A stretch of 27,578 nt of DNA, taken from positions 1 to 27,578 of IMG/VR virus record IMGVR_UViG_3300032300_000385. The stretch is one strand, 5' to 3'. Below the pieces are notes generated by a model, which searched no databases, was not told the origin of the DNA, and worked only from the letters and a program-made list of their open reading frames with translations. The translations under genes and the position numbers were made by a program. The stretch is from a virus (lineage: Duplodnaviria > Caudoviricetes). Below are positions 25,139 to 27,578 of this stretch, piece by piece; positions within the stretch are counted from its first letter, which is position 1; each line of letters begins with the position of its first letter.

Positions 25139-26206
25139 ATGCCTTTACCCCTACCTTCCGCAGACGAATCAGAGCAAGACTTTGTATCCCGCTTTATGGG
25201 TGACGAGCAAGCTATCAGCGACTTTCCAGACGAACAACAAAGGGCGGCGGTTGCCTATTCTACTTATAGGGACGAGGAACTAGAGGAAATGGAGCTAGGT
25301 GGAGTTTCAATTTTAGAGGTTGGTGAAGCAAAAGGACACGATCTTTTCGTGGATAAAGTTAGCTTGCAGACCGCCCTAAATCTTATGAGTAAGGCAAAAA
25401 ATGGGGTGAAGGTGAAGATGAACCACGGAAGCGGATTAGACGCAGTAGTGGGCTTTGCCAGAAACCCCCGCATCGAAGGGGATAAGCTGGTTGCCGACCT
25501 TCGCCTTCTTCGCAATAGCCCCCACTACGGATTGATTAAAGAGATGGCCTCTGAAGCCCCCGACCAGTTCGGCGTTTCCCTAGCCTTTGTGAATGAGTCC
25601 GAGACGATCAACGGAAAGGACTACATTCGACCGCAGAGCATCGCCTCTGCGGATTTAGTTTCCTCCCCTGCGGCCACCAATGGCCTCTTTGAAGAAATGG
25701 TAAAGTTTATGGAAAAGCTGGGATATGTAAGCGGAGGAAAGACAATCCCAGCCGTAGTTAAGCAAGCCGTGGAGGAAGCTCCACTTGACAAAAAGGACAA
25801 AACCAATATGGAAAACACAGATTACAAAAAAGATATGGACGAAATTAAAGTTCGTCTCGCCGCCTTGGAAGAGGCGATGAAACCCAAGGATGAGGAAAAG
25901 AAAGAGGAGATGGCCTCGGAAGCTCCCAAAATCGTCATCGAAAAAGAAGATGAAGATGAGAAAGAGGAGACCAAGGAAGAGATGAGCGAAGTCGTGAAGA
26001 AAGTTCTCACCGAGTTCGGCATCAAGCCCATCTCTGCTTCGCCAGTTGTCGAAGCCCCTGCGAAGGTTGAACCCAAAACTTTTGAAGCACTCGTGGCCGC
26101 CCACAGCGATTACGGAACTTCAAAGCTCAAGGCTATGCAAGCCGTGATGCTGTCTAACCCTAAAGAATACTCCGAGGCTCTGTCTCGCGGTATCTCAAAA
26201 CTCTAA
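25139..26206 (+). CDS. Prohead protease-scaffold fusion with small N-terminal accessory domain
   Basis: GEAKGH, KMNH, FGVS, SADLV..PAAT.GLF protease-like core and acidic C-terminal scaffold. Between portal and capsid genes. Confidence 0.75.
   Translation: MPLPLPSADESEQDFVSRFMGDEQAISDFPDEQQRAAVAYSTYRDEELEEMELGGVSILEVGEAKGHDLFVDKVSLQTALNLMSKAKNGVKVKMNHGSGLDAVVGFARNPRIEGDKLVADLRLLRNSPHYGLIKEMASEAPDQFGVSLAFVNESETINGKDYIRPQSIASADLVSSPAATNGLFEEMVKFMEKLGYVSGGKTIPAVVKQAVEEAPLDKKDKTNMENTDYKKDMDEIKVRLAALEEAMKPKDEEKKEEMASEAPKIVIEKEDEDEKEETKEEMSEVVKKVLTEFGIKPISASPVVEAPAKVEPKTFEALVAAHSDYGTSKLKAMQAVMLSNPKEYSEALSRGISKL
25808..26206 (+). CDS. Putative internally initiated scaffold protein
   Basis: In-frame ATG (MENTDYKKDM...) preceded by TTGACA, AAGGA and an A-rich leader. 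Analogous to lambda Nu3 within C. Confidence 0.55.
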   Translation: MENTDYKKDMDEIKVRLAALEEAMKPKDEEKKEEMASEAPKIVIEKEDEDEKEETKEEMSEVVKKVLTEFGIKPISASPVVEAPAKVEPKTFEALVAAHSDYGTSKLKAMQAVMLSNPKEYSEALSRGISKL

Positions 26207-26224
26207 ACCAAAGGATAAAAGAAA

Positions 26225-26587
26225 ATGTCTACTCAAATTGATGGTAATTTTCGCACATTCGGCTCGGCTTCTGCCATCTCGGCGTTCCGATTCGTTCAGC
26301 CCGACACCACCACGGCTGGCTTCGTTAATGTTGCGGTAACTGGTGCAACCAAAGCTATCGGAGTAACTCAAGAAGATGTTTCCGCTGGTGGCTTTGTGGC
26401 AGTTAAATTGTTTCACCCAACCTTCTTCGCAACCGTCTCTGGCGTTGCGGCAGTTGGTGATACGCTAAAATTTGATGCTTCTGGCCTCTGCACCACCCTA
26501 GCGGCGAATCTGGTGACGGCTGGTGTTGCACTCGAAGCGGCCACAAGTTCATCGGCTGTTATCGAACTCGCAATCCCGATGTTCTAA
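26225..26587 (+). CDS. Capsid decoration/cement protein (DUF2190-like)
   Basis: 120 aa, Ala/Gly/Val/Thr-rich (AIGV...G....GVALEAA), directly before the major capsid gene. Confidence 0.7.
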   Translation: MSTQIDGNFRTFGSASAISAFRFVQPDTTTAGFVNVAVTGATKAIGVTQEDVSAGGFVAVKLFHPTFFATVSGVAAVGDTLKFDASGLCTTLAANLVTAGVALEAATSSSAVIELAIPMF

Positions 26588-26625
26588 ACAACAACAACAA
26601 CAAACAAAAGAAAGAATAATATAAA

Positions 26626-27578
26626 ATGAGCTTTATTTCTGGTGGCACGACCATTCGTGCTGATATCAACCAAGCCCTCATCGAATCTCCCGCAGAGATC
26701 GGCTTGATCGGTGCGGAAGTTCTCCCTCTATTGCCCGTTCCGGCAAAGAGCGGTCAGTACCTCAAAGTGCAGACGGCTGATGCTGGTCTGCTAGATGCTG
26801 ATGCGGCGAAGCGTACTGCTGGTTCTGAATACGCTCGTGCGATTCGGAAATTCACTTCCGATACCTACGATTGTATCGAGACTGGCTTGGAAGAGTTGCT
26901 CGACGATTCCTTCCGTGCTGACGCTAACCGCTTCTTCCAAATCGAAGCCGAAACAGCGAGGTTCTTGCTCCGACAAGTTAAGCTCTCCCACGAAAAGCGG
27001 GTGGCCGATTTGTTGTTCGCAACAACGACTCCCTTCACCACGGCTGATTTAAGCCCCACGGCTTCATACATCGAAGGCAACTTGGCAACCATCAACGCCC
27101 CTGCGGATGTTGCGGCTGGCAAATTGGCTCTTAATCGTTTGGGTTATGCGGCCAATGCGGTCATTATGTCGGCCAATGTGTACGAGCGGGTTCGTCGTAC
27201 CACCCTCCTACAAAACCAGTTCTACGGAGTTGTGTCGAATACTGGTGGTCGCTTGCTCGATGAAGCACAGATCGCCGAAGCGTTCGGTGTGGATAAAGTC
27301 TACATCGGTCGTGCGGCCATCAACTCTGCTAACAAGAACAAGCCTTACTCTGGTTCGTTCATCGTTCCAGACACCAAGATCGTTGTTGCCAATGTTTCGA
27401 CTGGTCAGTTCACCGCTGGTGGATTGGGTCGCACCTTGGTCTGGTCGGAAGACGCACCCGGTGGTTTCGTCTCCGAGAGCTATCGTGACGAAGCTCGTCG
27501 CTCCAATGTTCTCCGTGTTCGTATGAACACAGCCGAGAAAGTCATTGATGCGAACGCCGCCGTCCGTATCACCACGAC
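26626..27578 (+). CDS. Major capsid protein (gpE-like), 3'-truncated by window end and absent from the ORF track
   Basis: Open frame MSFISGGTTIRADINQ...IGAEVLPLLPV...HEKRVADLLF...NAVIMS...FGVDKVYIG...ESYRDE runs to the window end (317 codons). Confidence 0.9.
   Translation, partial: MSFISGGTTIRADINQALIESPAEIGLIGAEVLPLLPVPAKSGQYLKVQTADAGLLDADAAKRTAGSEYARAIRKFTSDTYDCIETGLEELLDDSFRADANRFFQIEAETARFLLRQVKLSHEKRVADLLFATTTPFTTADLSPTASYIEGNLATINAPADVAAGKLALNRLGYAANAVIMSANVYERVRRTTLLQNQFYGVVSNTGGRLLDEAQIAEAFGVDKVYIGRAAINSANKNKPYSGSFIVPDTKIVVANVSTGQFTAGGLGRTLVWSEDAPGGFVSESYRDEARRSNVLRVRMNTAEKVIDANAAVRITT

Noticed and set aside
1481-27122. All minus-strand ORFs in the track
   Set aside because: Each is an antisense shadow of a better-supported + strand gene and has no recognisable motif.
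26795-27526. Track ORFs 26795..27052 and 27107..27526
   Set aside because: Alternative-frame shadows within the major capsid gene that starts at 26626.

Overview
Most of a compact tailed-phage genome (Caudoviricetes, lambda-like head module), with every credible gene on the + strand. The window opens inside the tail module: chaperone pair with a -1 frameshift, short tape measure and tail fibre. It continues through a diderm-type lysis cassette (holin, i/o-spanins, M15 endolysin) and an early/replication region (ligase-like NTase, DUF559-like nuclease, ssDNA-annealing protein, HNH, replication initiator with iterons, HTH regulators). A cos/pac-like repeat region, ParB-N, TerS, HNH, a methyltransferase, TerL, gpW, portal, protease-scaffold and decoration protein follow, and the window ends inside the major capsid gene. 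No integrase, repressor, polymerase, tRNA or CRISPR array is visible. Most notable: (1) a 1133-aa portal carrying about 650 aa of modular extra domains, separated by recurring E-L-[G/A] linkers and preceded by an A9 slippage run; (2) a recurring TTGACA-N14-17-ATG element before late genes, distinct from sigma70-spaced, apparently leaderless early promoters; (3) stripped-down nucleotidyltransferases (CCA/poly(A)-polymerase head only, ligase adenylation domain only) near a phosphoesterase and a MazG-like gene; (4) apparent genome-wide absence of CATG, GCWGC and CCWGG. All functional calls come from motif recognition by eye, not database searches.
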